Source of the DNA: Myxococcales bacterium
GTDB lineage: Bacteria > Myxococcota_A > Polyangia > Haliangiales > Haliangiaceae
Direction: 5' to 3'
NCBI GenBank assembly: GCA_016794525.1
Contig: JAEUJY010000077.1
Location: 45,091 to 109,090 of the forward strand
Length of the DNA: 64,000 nucleotides
The position numbers were made by a program, and so were the translations under genes. Position 1 is the first letter of the stretch; each line of letters starts with the position of its first letter. This document shows positions 22,653-34,900 of this stretch, in pieces. The notes beneath the pieces are model-generated. The model worked only from the letters and a program-made list of their open reading frames with translations, was not told where the DNA came from and ran no database searches.

Positions 22653-24601
22653 CCGCCCCCCGCGAACGGGTCGATCGTCACGGTCGGATCGACCTTGGTG
22701 TCCTTGGGCTTCTTGGCCGAGCCCGAGCCAGCGCCCGAGCCGCCGGTCGGCGCCGCGCTGCCCGGGCCGGGATCGACCGGTGGTGGCGGCGGCGGCGGCG
22801 TGACCTTGGCCGGCTCGCGGCCGGTCTCGCGCGGCCGATCGCGGCGGCCGTCCCGACGACCGCTGGTCGCCTCGCCGGGCGGGTCGACCTCGATCGGCGT
22901 CGGGTCGGGCATGATGATCTGCTCGAGCGAGATCTCGACCGACGGCGGCGGCTTGCCCAGGTCGATCGTGAACGGCGCGTCGACGAAGCCGTCCTGGCGC
23001 ACGACGAAGTCGCGGCGCACGGTCGAGCCGCCGTCGGCGGGATCGATCTCCAGCACGCACGGCGTGTCGCACAGCGCGACCGCGGCGCCGGCCGCCTCGA
23101 CGTGGGCGCCGGCGGGGGCGTCGACCCGCACCCGCACCCGCGTCGTGGGCGCCTGGCCGGTCATCGGGGTGACCGCGGGGGCGCTGGCGACCGGCGCCGG
23201 CGCGGGCGCGGCGGGCGGCGGCGTGGACGACGAGCGCGACGCGGCGATCAGCCCGCCCGCGACGATCGCGCCCAGCGCGGCGGCGGCGCCGGCGGCCCAC
23301 AGCCAGCGCGAGCGGCGCGGCGGCGGCGGCTGGGTCCACGCGCCGGGGCCGGGGTACGGCGTGGCCTGCCCCGGCGCCAGGCCGCCGCCCATCGCCATCA
23401 TCGTCGCGTAGCCGGCGACCGGCATGATGTTGGAGCTGCGGCCCGACTCGCGCGCGCTGTCCGCCAGGCCGATCAGGTCGTGGGGCCGGGTCTCGATCGC
23501 GGCCAGCAGGTGCATCAGGTCGTCGCGCAGCGCCTGCGCCGTCGGGTAGCGCAGGCCGGGATCCTTCTGCAGGCAGCGCAGCAGCACGCCCTCGAGCCGC
23601 GGGTCGAGCGTGGCCCCGCCCGGCGTCTCGCGCGGCGGCGTGGGCTGCTCGTTGAGGTGCTTGCGCACGTACTCGCCGAACGAGCGGCCGCGGAACAGCG
23701 GCTGGCCGCAGAACAGCTCGTACATGATCGCGCCCAGCGAGTAGATGTCGGCGCGGTGATCGACGGCGAGCCCGCCCGCCTGCTCGGGCGACATGTAGGC
23801 CGGAGTGCCGATCACCGAGCCGGCCGCGGTCTCGAGGCCGATGTCCTCGTCGTCGCGGTTGAGCAGCTTGGCGACACCGAAGTCCAGCAGCTTGACCAGC
23901 TCGGCGCCGTCGGGCGTCGGCACCAGCACGATGTTGTCGGGCTTGAGGTCGCGGTGGATCACCCCGACCGCGTGGGCGGCGGCCAGGCCGTCACAGATCT
24001 GGATCAGCGCGGCCAGCGCGCGCGGCAGCTCGAAGCCGTTGCGCGACCAGGCGCCCAGGCTCTTGCCGCGCAAGAGCTCCATGATGATGAAGGTCGTGCC
24101 GTCCTCGAGCTCGATGAAGTCGGTGACGTCGACGATGTTGCGGTGGCGCACGCGGTTGACGGTGCGCGCCTCCTGGAAGAACCGGCTCACCGCGTCACGC
24201 CGCTTGGCGTAGTCGGTGCGCAGGAGCTTGAGCGCGACCTCGCGGCCCAGGCGCACGTGCTCGGCCCGGTAGACGAAGCCCATGCCGCCCTTGCCGATCA
24301 GCTCGAGCAGCCGGTAGACGCCCAGCGTCTGGCCGACCCGCTCGTCGGAGCGATCGGCGGCGCGCGGCACCGGCGGCGGCCGGGTGGCGGGGGTGCGCAC
24401 CTTGGCGGCAGGGCTGTCGATGCGGGTGTTGATCGACCGCGGGCGCTCGTCGCGGGTGCCCATCGGCAGCTCGGGCGGCGCGCCGTCCCAGTCGTCGTCG
24501 CCCGGGGCCAGCGACTCGGTCGGCTCCGGGCCGGATCGCGACCGCCCGCCGACGGTGGACGACGACGGAGCGCGAGGCGGAGGCTGACGCGATGCCGACA
24601 T
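22649..24601 (-). CDS. Ser/Thr protein kinase with a TM segment and a C-terminal extracytoplasmic domain.
   Basis: Kinase motifs GKGGMGFVY, HRDLKPDNIV, DFG, GTPAYMSPE. TM helix WLWAAGAAAALGAIVAGGLIAA. Confidence 0.8.
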   Translation of the reverse strand: MSASRQPPPRAPSSSTVGGRSRSGPEPTESLAPGDDDWDGAPPELPMGTRDERPRSINTRIDSPAAKVRTPATRPPPVPRAADRSDERVGQTLGVYRLLELIGKGGMGFVYRAEHVRLGREVALKLLRTDYAKRRDAVSRFFQEARTVNRVRHRNIVDVTDFIELEDGTTFIIMELLRGKSLGAWSRNGFELPRALAALIQICDGLAAAHAVGVIHRDLKPDNIVLVPTPDGAELVKLLDFGVAKLLNRDDEDIGLETAAGSVIGTPAYMSPEQAGGLAVDHRADIYSLGAIMYELFCGQPLFRGRSFGEYVRKHLNEQPTPPRETPGGATLDPRLEGVLLRCLQKDPGLRYPTAQALRDDLMHLLAAIETRPHDLIGLADSARESGRSSNIMPVAGYATMMAMGGGLAPGQATPYPGPGAWTQPPPPRRSRWLWAAGAAAALGAIVAGGLIAASRSSSTPPPAAPAPAPVASAPAVTPMTGQAPTTRVRVRVDAPAGAHVEAAGAAVALCDTPCVLEIDPADGGSTVRRDFVVRQDGFVDAPFTIDLGKPPPSVEISLEQIIMPDPTPIEVDPPGEATSGRRDGRRDRPRETGREPAKVTPPPPPPPVDPGPGSAAPTGGSGAGSGSAKKPKDTKVDPTVTIDPFAGGG

Positions 24602-24720
24602 GCAAGGTCGGGTGCGACGGGCGCACCCGGACCACCTTGTATTCTACGGTCGCCTACGGACGGGGGCAATGGCTATCGCCGCCTGGCGGTAGGGGCGGGG
24701 GGCGACGAGCCCCCTGGAAC

Positions 24721-25301
24721 TCAGCGGCCGCCGGTCAGGCACAGCGGGTCGATGCGGTCCAGGGCGGTCTGCAGCGCCGCCTTCACCTGCGGGTTGGTCT
24801 CGCGGGTGTTCTGGACCCGCAGCGGCGAGCAGGCCGCCGGCGACGAGGTCGCGGCCAGGGCCAGCGCCGCCGCGGCGCGTACGTCGCGCAGCTCGCTGGT
24901 GAGGTTGGCCGCCAGCGCCGGCACGGCGTCGGTGCCGCCGTTCTCGCCGAGCCCCTCGATCGCCGCCATCAGGTAGATGCGCTCGAGGCGGTCGTCGCTG
25001 TCGCGGAACGCCACCACCGCCGAGGTGAGCGCGGCGCGGGCGATGTTGTCGGGGAACTGGCCGAGGGCGCGGTAGGCCCGGGCGCGCATGCCGACCGTCA
25101 CCGCGGGGTCGCTCGAGTTGACCACCACCAGCAGCTGCGACAGGTCGCCGGCGAGGGCCTGCTCGAGGGCGGCGCGGCTGGGCAGGTAGTCGAACCCCGA
25201 CAGGATCTGCTCGAGCCGCGTGCGCGCCAGGACGTTGCCGTCGGCGGCGGGCGCCGTCGCGAGCAGCGCGGTCAGCGCCAGGAGCGCGCGGTCGATCCTC
25301 A
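24721..25301 (-). CDS. Secreted HEAT/PBS-lyase-repeat protein.
   Basis: GTG start overlaps the upstream stop (GTGA). Signal peptide RIDRALLALTALLATAPAADG. Repeated AxxALxxLxDxDxxVRxxA units. Confidence 0.45.
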
Positions 25302-26851
25302 CCGCAGCACCGGGCTGGCGCGCAGGATCTGGCGCTGTTCGGTCGACAGCGAGGTGCCGCCGTCCTCGCCCCAGTACATCAGGTTGTCGTCGGAGGTCGG
25401 GCTGTCGAGCAGCGGGTCGTCGGCGCCCTCGGGCTCGGGCTCGCGGTTGCGGTACAGCCCGAGGTGCCGGGCGATGGCGTGGGCGGTCGTGCGCGCCAGC
25501 CGGTCCCACGCCGGATCGTCGCGGTGGGCCGGGTCGGTGTTGTTGCACAGCGCGGTGGCGGCGATCGCGACGCCCGAGGCGCCGGTCCGCGGCAGCGGCG
25601 CGCCCGGCGTGCCGCCGACGATGGTCTCGAGCCCGGCCGGCATGATCGTGCGGACGAAGAACACCGAGACGCCGCGCTCGTCGTCGGCGGTCGCGAACAG
25701 CTCGCCGGCGCGCTCGCTGGCCAGCCCCTCGAGCTCGACCGGCGCGGTGGTGGCCTCGTAGGTCACCGTGCCGATCGCGATGTTGGCGGCGGCGAAGATG
25801 TCGCGCAGGCGCTGCAGGAACACGGTCTGGAACTGTGGATCGACCGGCGCCGTCGTCGGGCTCAGCGCCGGGGCGCCGGGCAGGCACGGGTGATCGGTCA
25901 GGTCGGCGAAGTGGAAGTGCAGGTCGAGGGTGGCCCCGGGGCCGAGCTTCTCGACCACCCGCACCCGGCGCCCCTCGAGCGTGACCTGCGGCCGATCGGC
26001 GGAGCTGGTGATCGTCATCGAGTAGACGCCGGCCCGCAGCGCCACCGCCGACGTCGACGGGATCTGCAGCACGGCGACGCCGGCCAGCGGCTTGTGGCGC
26101 AGCGCGCCGGCGAAGTACTCGGCGAGCGTCGTCGGCGCGGTGAAGATCGACGTGTTCTCGGGATCGGTGACCGCGGTGACGCCGATGCGCTCGTCGGCCT
26201 GCGCCGCCTCGGCGACCAGCACCAGCGACGTCGCGTTGTTGACCACCGGGATGATCAGCGGCTGGCTGAGCTGGGGCCGCAGCGGCACCTCGAAGGTGAG
26301 CGTGGCGCGCGTGGGCAGGCAGCCGTAGTAGCCGCCGAGGAACGAGCTGGCGTCCGACGACACCCGCGGGATGCCGACGCACTGGAAGCCGCGCAGGCAC
26401 TCGCTGTCGACCTCGCACAGCTCGGTGCACCGCCCCAGCGCGCACGCTCCGACGCGGCAGTCGGTGTCGACCTGGCAGGTCGCGCCGACGACGCCGCCGG
26501 CGGCGCCCTCGGGCTGGCAGGTCCCGTCGCCGGCGACGAACGCGTCGATCGGCAGCCGGCACGACTGGCCGGGGCCGCAGTCCGCCTCGGCGTTGCAGCT
26601 GTCGCCGATGTTGGTCTCGACCAGCCTGCAGGTGTGGGACTCACACACCCGGCCGTCGCCGCAGTCGATGTTGGCCAGGCAGCCGGGGCGACAGATGTGA
26701 TCCAGGCACTGTAGGCCGCTGGCGCAATCGGCTACCGTCGCGCAGCTCTCGCCGACGTCGGCCCCGCCGCCGCCGCAGCCGAGCGCACCGATGGCCATGA
26801 CGACCCCAGCGATCCACCGAGGCGGACCTATGGGCGGCCGGTTGGATGCGG
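25299..26851 (-). CDS. Cys-rich (EGF-like repeat) lipoprotein.
   Basis: ATG at 26851. Lipo-box VMAIGALGC followed by a Gly run. Multiple CxxxxC repeats. Confidence 0.5.
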
Positions 26852-26932
26852 ATCGGGCCATGTTTGGGCGGCCGCGCGCTGCGCGGGCGTGCTGGACCTC
26901 TATATAATGCCACGCGCTTGCCGGAGGAAGAC

Positions 26933-27673
26933 ATGCGACTCGACCTAGCTTGCCGACGTACCGTGACCATCGCCGCAACCCTCCTGGCGGTCTGCGCCGG
27001 CGCCGCCACCGCGCAGGCCCAGGCGGCCCTCGATGACGACTCGAGCTCGCCGACCCCGACGGCCACCGCCGCGACGGTCGGCGCCGAGAAGACCAACATC
27101 GGCCTCGGCTTCCGGCTGCGCAACGTGCGCGTGCCGCAGAGCCTGATCGAGATCTTCGTCAAGCAGGCTCCGGCCGGCGCCTCGAACGTGGGCTTCGGCC
27201 TCGAGGTGGCGCGCCGCAAGGGGCAGTTCGAGGTCCAGCTGGGCCTCGAGTACGAGAAGATCTCGATCGAGAAGGGCATCTGGATCGAGAACGGCGACAC
27301 GATCCCCACCGACGAGGTCGACTACGTCGAGTTCGACGGCTTCGGCTGGGTCACCGCCGAGCTGTCGTTCCTCTATCACACCGAGATCATCCCGCAGCTG
27401 TCGGTCCGCTACGGCGGCGGCGCCGGCATCGGCGTGCTCACCGGCGACATCCTGCGCACCGACTACCGCTGCATGACCGCGGCGCAGGACACGTGCATGG
27501 AGAGCCCGACCGCGACCAACCGCTCGACGCCGTACGACCTGCCGCCGGTGATGCTGGTCGTGAACGCGATCGTCGGCCTGCAGATCAAGCCGACCGACGA
27601 GATCTTCATCAACATCGAGGGCGGGCTCCGCACGATCCCGTTCTTCGGGACGACGGCGGGCTACTACTTCTGA
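26933..27673 (+). CDS. Outer-membrane beta-barrel-like protein.
   Basis: ATG at 26933 with GGAGG upstream. Signal peptide; alternating amphipathic strands; C-terminal aromatic residue ...GYYF. Confidence 0.5.
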   Translation: MRLDLACRRTVTIAATLLAVCAGAATAQAQAALDDDSSSPTPTATAATVGAEKTNIGLGFRLRNVRVPQSLIEIFVKQAPAGASNVGFGLEVARRKGQFEVQLGLEYEKISIEKGIWIENGDTIPTDEVDYVEFDGFGWVTAELSFLYHTEIIPQLSVRYGGGAGIGVLTGDILRTDYRCMTAAQDTCMESPTATNRSTPYDLPPVMLVVNAIVGLQIKPTDEIFINIEGGLRTIPFFGTTAGYYF

Positions 27674-27682
27674 GACGCCCGT

Positions 27683-28363
27683 TCACGGGCAGCGCGCGTC
27701 GACGCGGCCCAGCTCCTCGTCGAAGGAGTCGGCGATCGCCGTCGGCGGCGGGGTGGCGTCGAGCAGCGTGACGCCGACGAGGCGCAGGCCGAGCGTGGCG
27801 TCGGGGACGAACAGCAGGTCGAAGCCGAGCGCGCCGTCGGCGTCGGCGTCGATCGCGCAGGTCGCGACGGGGATGCCGGCCGCCGGCGCGAGGCCGCTGT
27901 TGTCGCAGACGAGCTGGTAGCCGAGCGCGGCGTCGGCCAGCGCCGTCGAGGCGACCTTGCCCAGGCGGGCCAGCGCCGGATCGAGGGTGGCGCCGCACTG
28001 CCGGCCCATCACCGCCGGCACCGGCTTGCCGGCGTCGTCGAGGGTGCGCAGCTCGACCACGCCGAACTTGCGGTCGATGACGCGGGTCCACGGCTGGGTC
28101 CCGGCCAGCAGCGCGGTCACGAACTCCTCGGTGGCGACCTCGGGCAGCTCGGTCGGGCTGGCCAGCCCGGTGCGCTTGCCCGCGCGCAGCGTCGGCTCGT
28201 CGGCGCCGCTGGTCGGCTCGGGCACGTCGGCGTCGACGGCGGGCGGCGTGGCCGCGGCGTCGAGGGCCTGGGGCGGCGGTGGTGCGGGCGGCGCGGCGGA
28301 CTTCGACTTGCACGCGGCGGTGGCGGCGACGGCGGCGAGCGCGAGGGGCAGGGCGCGGAGCAT
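27683..28363 (-). CDS. Hypothetical lipoprotein.
   Basis: Signal/lipo-box MLRALPLALAAVAATAAC. Confidence 0.45.
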   Translation of the reverse strand: MLRALPLALAAVAATAACKSKSAAPPAPPPPQALDAAATPPAVDADVPEPTSGADEPTLRAGKRTGLASPTELPEVATEEFVTALLAGTQPWTRVIDRKFGVVELRTLDDAGKPVPAVMGRQCGATLDPALARLGKVASTALADAALGYQLVCDNSGLAPAAGIPVATCAIDADADGALGFDLLFVPDATLGLRLVGVTLLDATPPPTAIADSFDEELGRVDARCP

Positions 28364-28391
28364 CGCCACACAGTAACGCACGAGTCCGCGG

Positions 28392-30289
<1,898 letters not shown>

Positions 30290-30293
<4 letters not shown>

Positions 30294-31948
30294 AGCGGGC
30301 GATCGCGCAGCTCGCGCTTGAGGATCTTGCCGGTCGGGTTGCGGGGCAGCTCGTCGAGGAACACCACCTGCCGCGGCCGCTTGTAGTCGGCCAGCTCGCG
30401 CCGGCAGTAGTCGGCGACCTCGTCGGCGGTGATCGCCTGGCCCGGGCGCACGACGACGTAGGCGCGCAGCGTCTCGCCCCACTCGGGATCCGGCACGCCA
30501 ACCACCGCGACGTCGAGGATCGCCGGGTGGGTGTGCAGGTGGTCCTCGATCTCGCGCGGGTAGATGTTCACGCCGCCCGAGATCACCATGTCGTGCTTGC
30601 GCGACTCCATGTACAGGTAGCCGTCGGCGTCGAGCCGGCCGAGGTCGCCGACCGAGAAGAAGCCGTCCTTGATCGACTTGTCGGTGGCGTCGCGGTTCTT
30701 GTGGTAGCCGCCGATCAGCATCGAGTTGCGCACGTAGACCTCGCCGACCTGGCCCAGCGGCACCTCGGCGCCGGCGTCGTCGAGCAGGCGGATCTGGTTG
30801 CCACGCATCGCGCGCCCGACGGTGCCGGGCCGCGCGGTGTGCTCGCCGGGGCCGGCCAGCGTCACCAGCCCGGTCTCGGTGGCCCCGTAGAAGTTCCACA
30901 GGACCGGCCCGAACTGCGCCTCGACCTGGCGCGCGGTCTCGGTGGCCAGCGGCGCGGCCCCGCTCATGATCCAGCGCAAGGACGAGGTGTCGTAGCGGCG
31001 CCGCACCGCCGCCGGCAGCGCGGTGATGCGCACCAGCATCGTCGGCACCATCAGCGTCGAGGTCACCCGCTCGCGCTCGATCAGCGCCAGGCACGCCTCG
31101 GGATCGAAGTGGTTCATCAGCACCGACGTCGCGCCCAGCGACATCGTGATCGCGACGAACGCCGGCGCCGCCGAGTGGTACAGCGGGCACACGACCAGGT
31201 GGCGGTCGTCGTGGTTCATGCCGACCCGCGCGATCATGTCGGCGACCGCGTCGAAGCCGGTCTGCTTCCAGCTTCGGGTCGCGCCCTTGGGCTTGCCGGT
31301 CGTGCCCGAGGTGTAGACGATCACGCCGCCGCCGTCGCCGCCGCGCGCGGTCGGCGGCAGGTCGCCGGGCTGCCCGGCGATCGCGTCGTCCCAGGGCTCG
31401 CCCACCGGCGGCGCGGCGGTGGCGCCGGCGACGATCACCTGGCAGCGGCTGCCGGCCAGGCGCATCGCCTCGGCGAAGGTCTCGGCGTACGGCGCGCCGA
31501 CGATCGCCGCCGCCGGCTCGGCGTTGCCGAGGATGTACGCCACCTCGGCCGGCTTCGAGCGGTAGCCGATCTGCACGACCACCGCGCCGACCCGGGCCAG
31601 CGCCTGCTGCGCGATCAGGTAGTCGGCGCCGTTGCCCAGCATGCACGCCACCGGCGCCGCCGCGCCGCCGCGCGCGGCGATCGCGTGGGCCAGCTGGTTC
31701 ACCGCCTGATCGAACGTCCGCCACGTGTAGCGGCGGTCGCCGTCGATGACGCACTCCTTGTCGGGGTGCATCCGCGCGTGCAGCAAGGTCGCCAGGTGCG
31801 GCCCGGGCTTGGTCAGGCGCGCGGCGGCGGCGAAGCCGGGCAGCGCGGTGGGCCGGAACGCCCGCACCATCCCCGACTTGCGCAGGACGTCGAGGGCGAA
31901 GCGCGCGTCGCTGGCGCGGGCGCGCAGGCGGTCGAGGATGGGCGGCAC
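30290..31948 (-). CDS. AMP-dependent synthetase/ligase (acyl-CoA synthetase family).
   Basis: AMP-binding motifs [19 protein letters not shown], and a C-terminal GKILKRELR-type motif. Confidence 0.8.
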
Positions 31949-31961
31949 GCCCGCGAGGGTA

Positions 31962-34900
31962 CTACCGACCGCGGGCCGTGAGGTAGCGACGCACCTCCTC
32001 GGCCTGGGCCTGGTTCTTCGGGTTGCGGGCCAGGTACGCCTCCCACGCGCGGATCGTGGCGCCGTCGTTGTGCATCACCTGCTGGACGGTGCCGAGCAGC
32101 CACAGCGCGTCGGTCAGCCACGGCACGGTCACGCCGTCCTTGCGCTCGTCGGTGGTCGCCAGCGCGGTGGCGCGCTCGAGGGCGCTGGCGGCCTGCGCGG
32201 CGCGATCGCCCTCGTAGTACAGCTCGCCGAGCTTGTAGTAGGCGTCGGCGCGCGGCTGGGCGGCGACCGCCTTGGTCAGCCACGCGACCGCGTTGGCGCG
32301 GTCCTCGAGCTCGACGTAGGCCATGCCCAGGCCGTACGGCAGGTCGGGGTTGCCGGGATCCTTCTCGAGCGCCTTCTTGAAGGCGGTGATCGCCTTGTCG
32401 TACTCGCCGCGGGCCAGCCGGATCCGGCCGGCGCCGGCCCAGGCGTTGACGATCGACTCGTCGAGCGACGCGGCCTGGTCGTAGGCGCGCAGCGCCTCGT
32501 CGCGGACCGCGGTGTCGCCGGTCTGGCCCGAGAACTTCTCGCTGACGCGGCCGAGGCCGTCGAGGAACTGGGCGTCGGGGTTGCGGCTGGTGGCCTCCTG
32601 CATCATCCGCCGCGCCTCGCTGAAGCGCTTGTCGAGGAGCAGGCCCTCGCCCTTGAGGAACAGGCCGGTGGGGTCGTCGGGCGTGACCGCGAGCAGCTCG
32701 TCGCCGAGCGCGCGGGCGGCGGCGATGTCGCCGGTGCGCGCGAAGAACCGGCCGGCGCGGATCTTGGTCTCGACGGTGACGTCGGCCAGCCGCAGCAGCT
32801 TGCGGTACAGCTCGGCGGCGTCGGCGTCGCGGTGGGCGGCCTCGAACCCGCGGGCCAGCTCGACGCCGAGGTCGATGCGGCTCGGGTCGAGCTCGAACGC
32901 CTTCACCAGCGTCGCCACCGCCTCGTCCTGCTTGCCCTGGCGGCGCAGCGCCTCGGCCAGCTGGTAGTGGGCCTCGACCTCGGCGGGCCGCTGCTCGATC
33001 GCGCTGCGCAGCCAGCGCTCGGCCTGGGGCGCCGCGCCGGCCGACAGATACGCGACACCGAGCGCGATCGCGACGCCGGCGTCGCTGGTCGCCGCGGCGG
33101 CGATCGTCGTCAGCTTGGCGTCGGCCCGCGCGCGCAGCGCGGCCGCCTCCTCGGGAGTCTTGGCCGCGTCGGCCATGTGGCCGAGGATCGTCGCCGCGGC
33201 GATCGTCGGGGCGATGTCGCCGGCGCCCAGCGCGGTGGCGGCGCGCTCGTACGCGGCCAGCGCCGCGGCGGGGTTCTTCTCGGCCTCCAGCCGGTGGCCG
33301 TCGATCATGTCGAGGCGGCCCAGCATCGCCGGCGCGGTGATCGGCGGCTTGCGCGCGCGCAGCGCCGCCAGCCGGGCCGCGGCCTCGGCGATCTTGTTGC
33401 GGCGCAGGTCGATCTCGGCGGCGGTCAGGCCGGCGTCGACGTCGTCGGGCGCCAGCGCCAGCGCCTTGTCGGCGGCCTCGGCGGCGGCGTCGATCTTGCC
33501 GTCGGCCAGCTCGGTCGCGGCCAGCGACACCAGCACGCCGCGATCGCCGGGGAGGATCGCCAGCGCCTTGCGGTAGCGATCGCGGGCCGCGTCGAGGCGA
33601 CCGCCGCGGCGCGCCTCGTCGCCGGCCTTGGTCCACGCGAGCACGACCGCGCGCGGGTCGGCCTTGTCGATGCCGGTGCGCTGCAGGATCGCCAGGAGCG
33701 CCGTCTCGCGCTTGCCCAGATCGGTGGTGGGCGCGGTCAGCGCCTCGCCGACCAGCGCGCCGACGTGCTCGGGCGCCAGCTCGATCACCTTCAGGTAGCT
33801 GGCGTGGGCCGCGGCGACGTCGCCGGCGGCCTGCTGCGCCTGCGCCAACCCGTAGGTCGCGGGCACCGGCCGCGCGGTCAGCGCGGCGGTGAACGCCTGC
33901 TGCGCGGCGGCCCACTCCTGGGCGCCGGCCTGGGCCCAGCCCAGGTACAGCTGCGCGTCGGCGTCGCCGCGCGCGGCCAGCGGGGTCAGCGCGGCGATCG
34001 CGCCGGTGTAGTCGCCCTCGATGACGTCGCGCACCGCGGCGGCCTTGTCGACCGCCGGGTGGTGGGCGCCGTTGGTCGTCGCGGTCTCGATCAGCCGCCG
34101 GCCGTTGGCGAGCCGGGACTCGGCCTGGGTGCCCTCCTCGACGTACCCGACCAGCGCGGCCTGGGCCGCGATGCCCAGCGCCTCGGCGTGGCGCTTGTCG
34201 AGCGCCAGCACGTCGTTCGCCGCGCGGGCGGCGCGCCGCCAGTGGCTGTCGTCGTTCGCGAGCAGCGCCTTGCGCGCGGCCTTCAGGTTGCGATCGAGAT
34301 CGGCGGCGCGGGTCTTCTGCGCGTCCCACCGCTTGTACATGAAGAAGCCGCCGGCGCCGACCGCGCCGACGCCGAGCACCGCCGCGAGCACCAGCTTGGC
34401 GGCGCGCGGCGACAACCCGCGCTTGGCCGGCCCCTCCTTGGGCGCGGCGCGCGCCTTGGGCTGCGCGGGCGCGTCGCGGCGCGGCACCGCGAGGTCGATG
34501 TCGCCGGTGTTCGCGGCCGGCCCGCGGCTGTCCGCGCTGCCCGGCGAGGTGGCGGCGCCGGCCTTGAACGAGACGACCCCGCGCCCGGCCGCGGCGGCGG
34601 CGGCCGGCGAGCTGGGCAGGTCGAGGCCGAGCGGATCGCCGTCGCCGAGCTCGAGCGCGGGCGGCGGCTCCGACGGCGCGTGCGCGCGCGGCGTCGCCGG
34701 CACGCTGCGGGCGCTGGCGTTGGTCGGCTCGAGCTCGATCATCCCCGAGCCGCCCGAGGCCGGCGGCAGGTCGATCCCCTCGAGGGCGGCCCCCGGCGCG
34801 ACGCTCGGCGGCGGCGCCGGGAAGCGATCGGCGCGCGGCACGCTGGGCGGCGGCAGGTCGTCGAACAGGCCGATCGCCGGCGCCGGGCTCTTGGCCGGCG

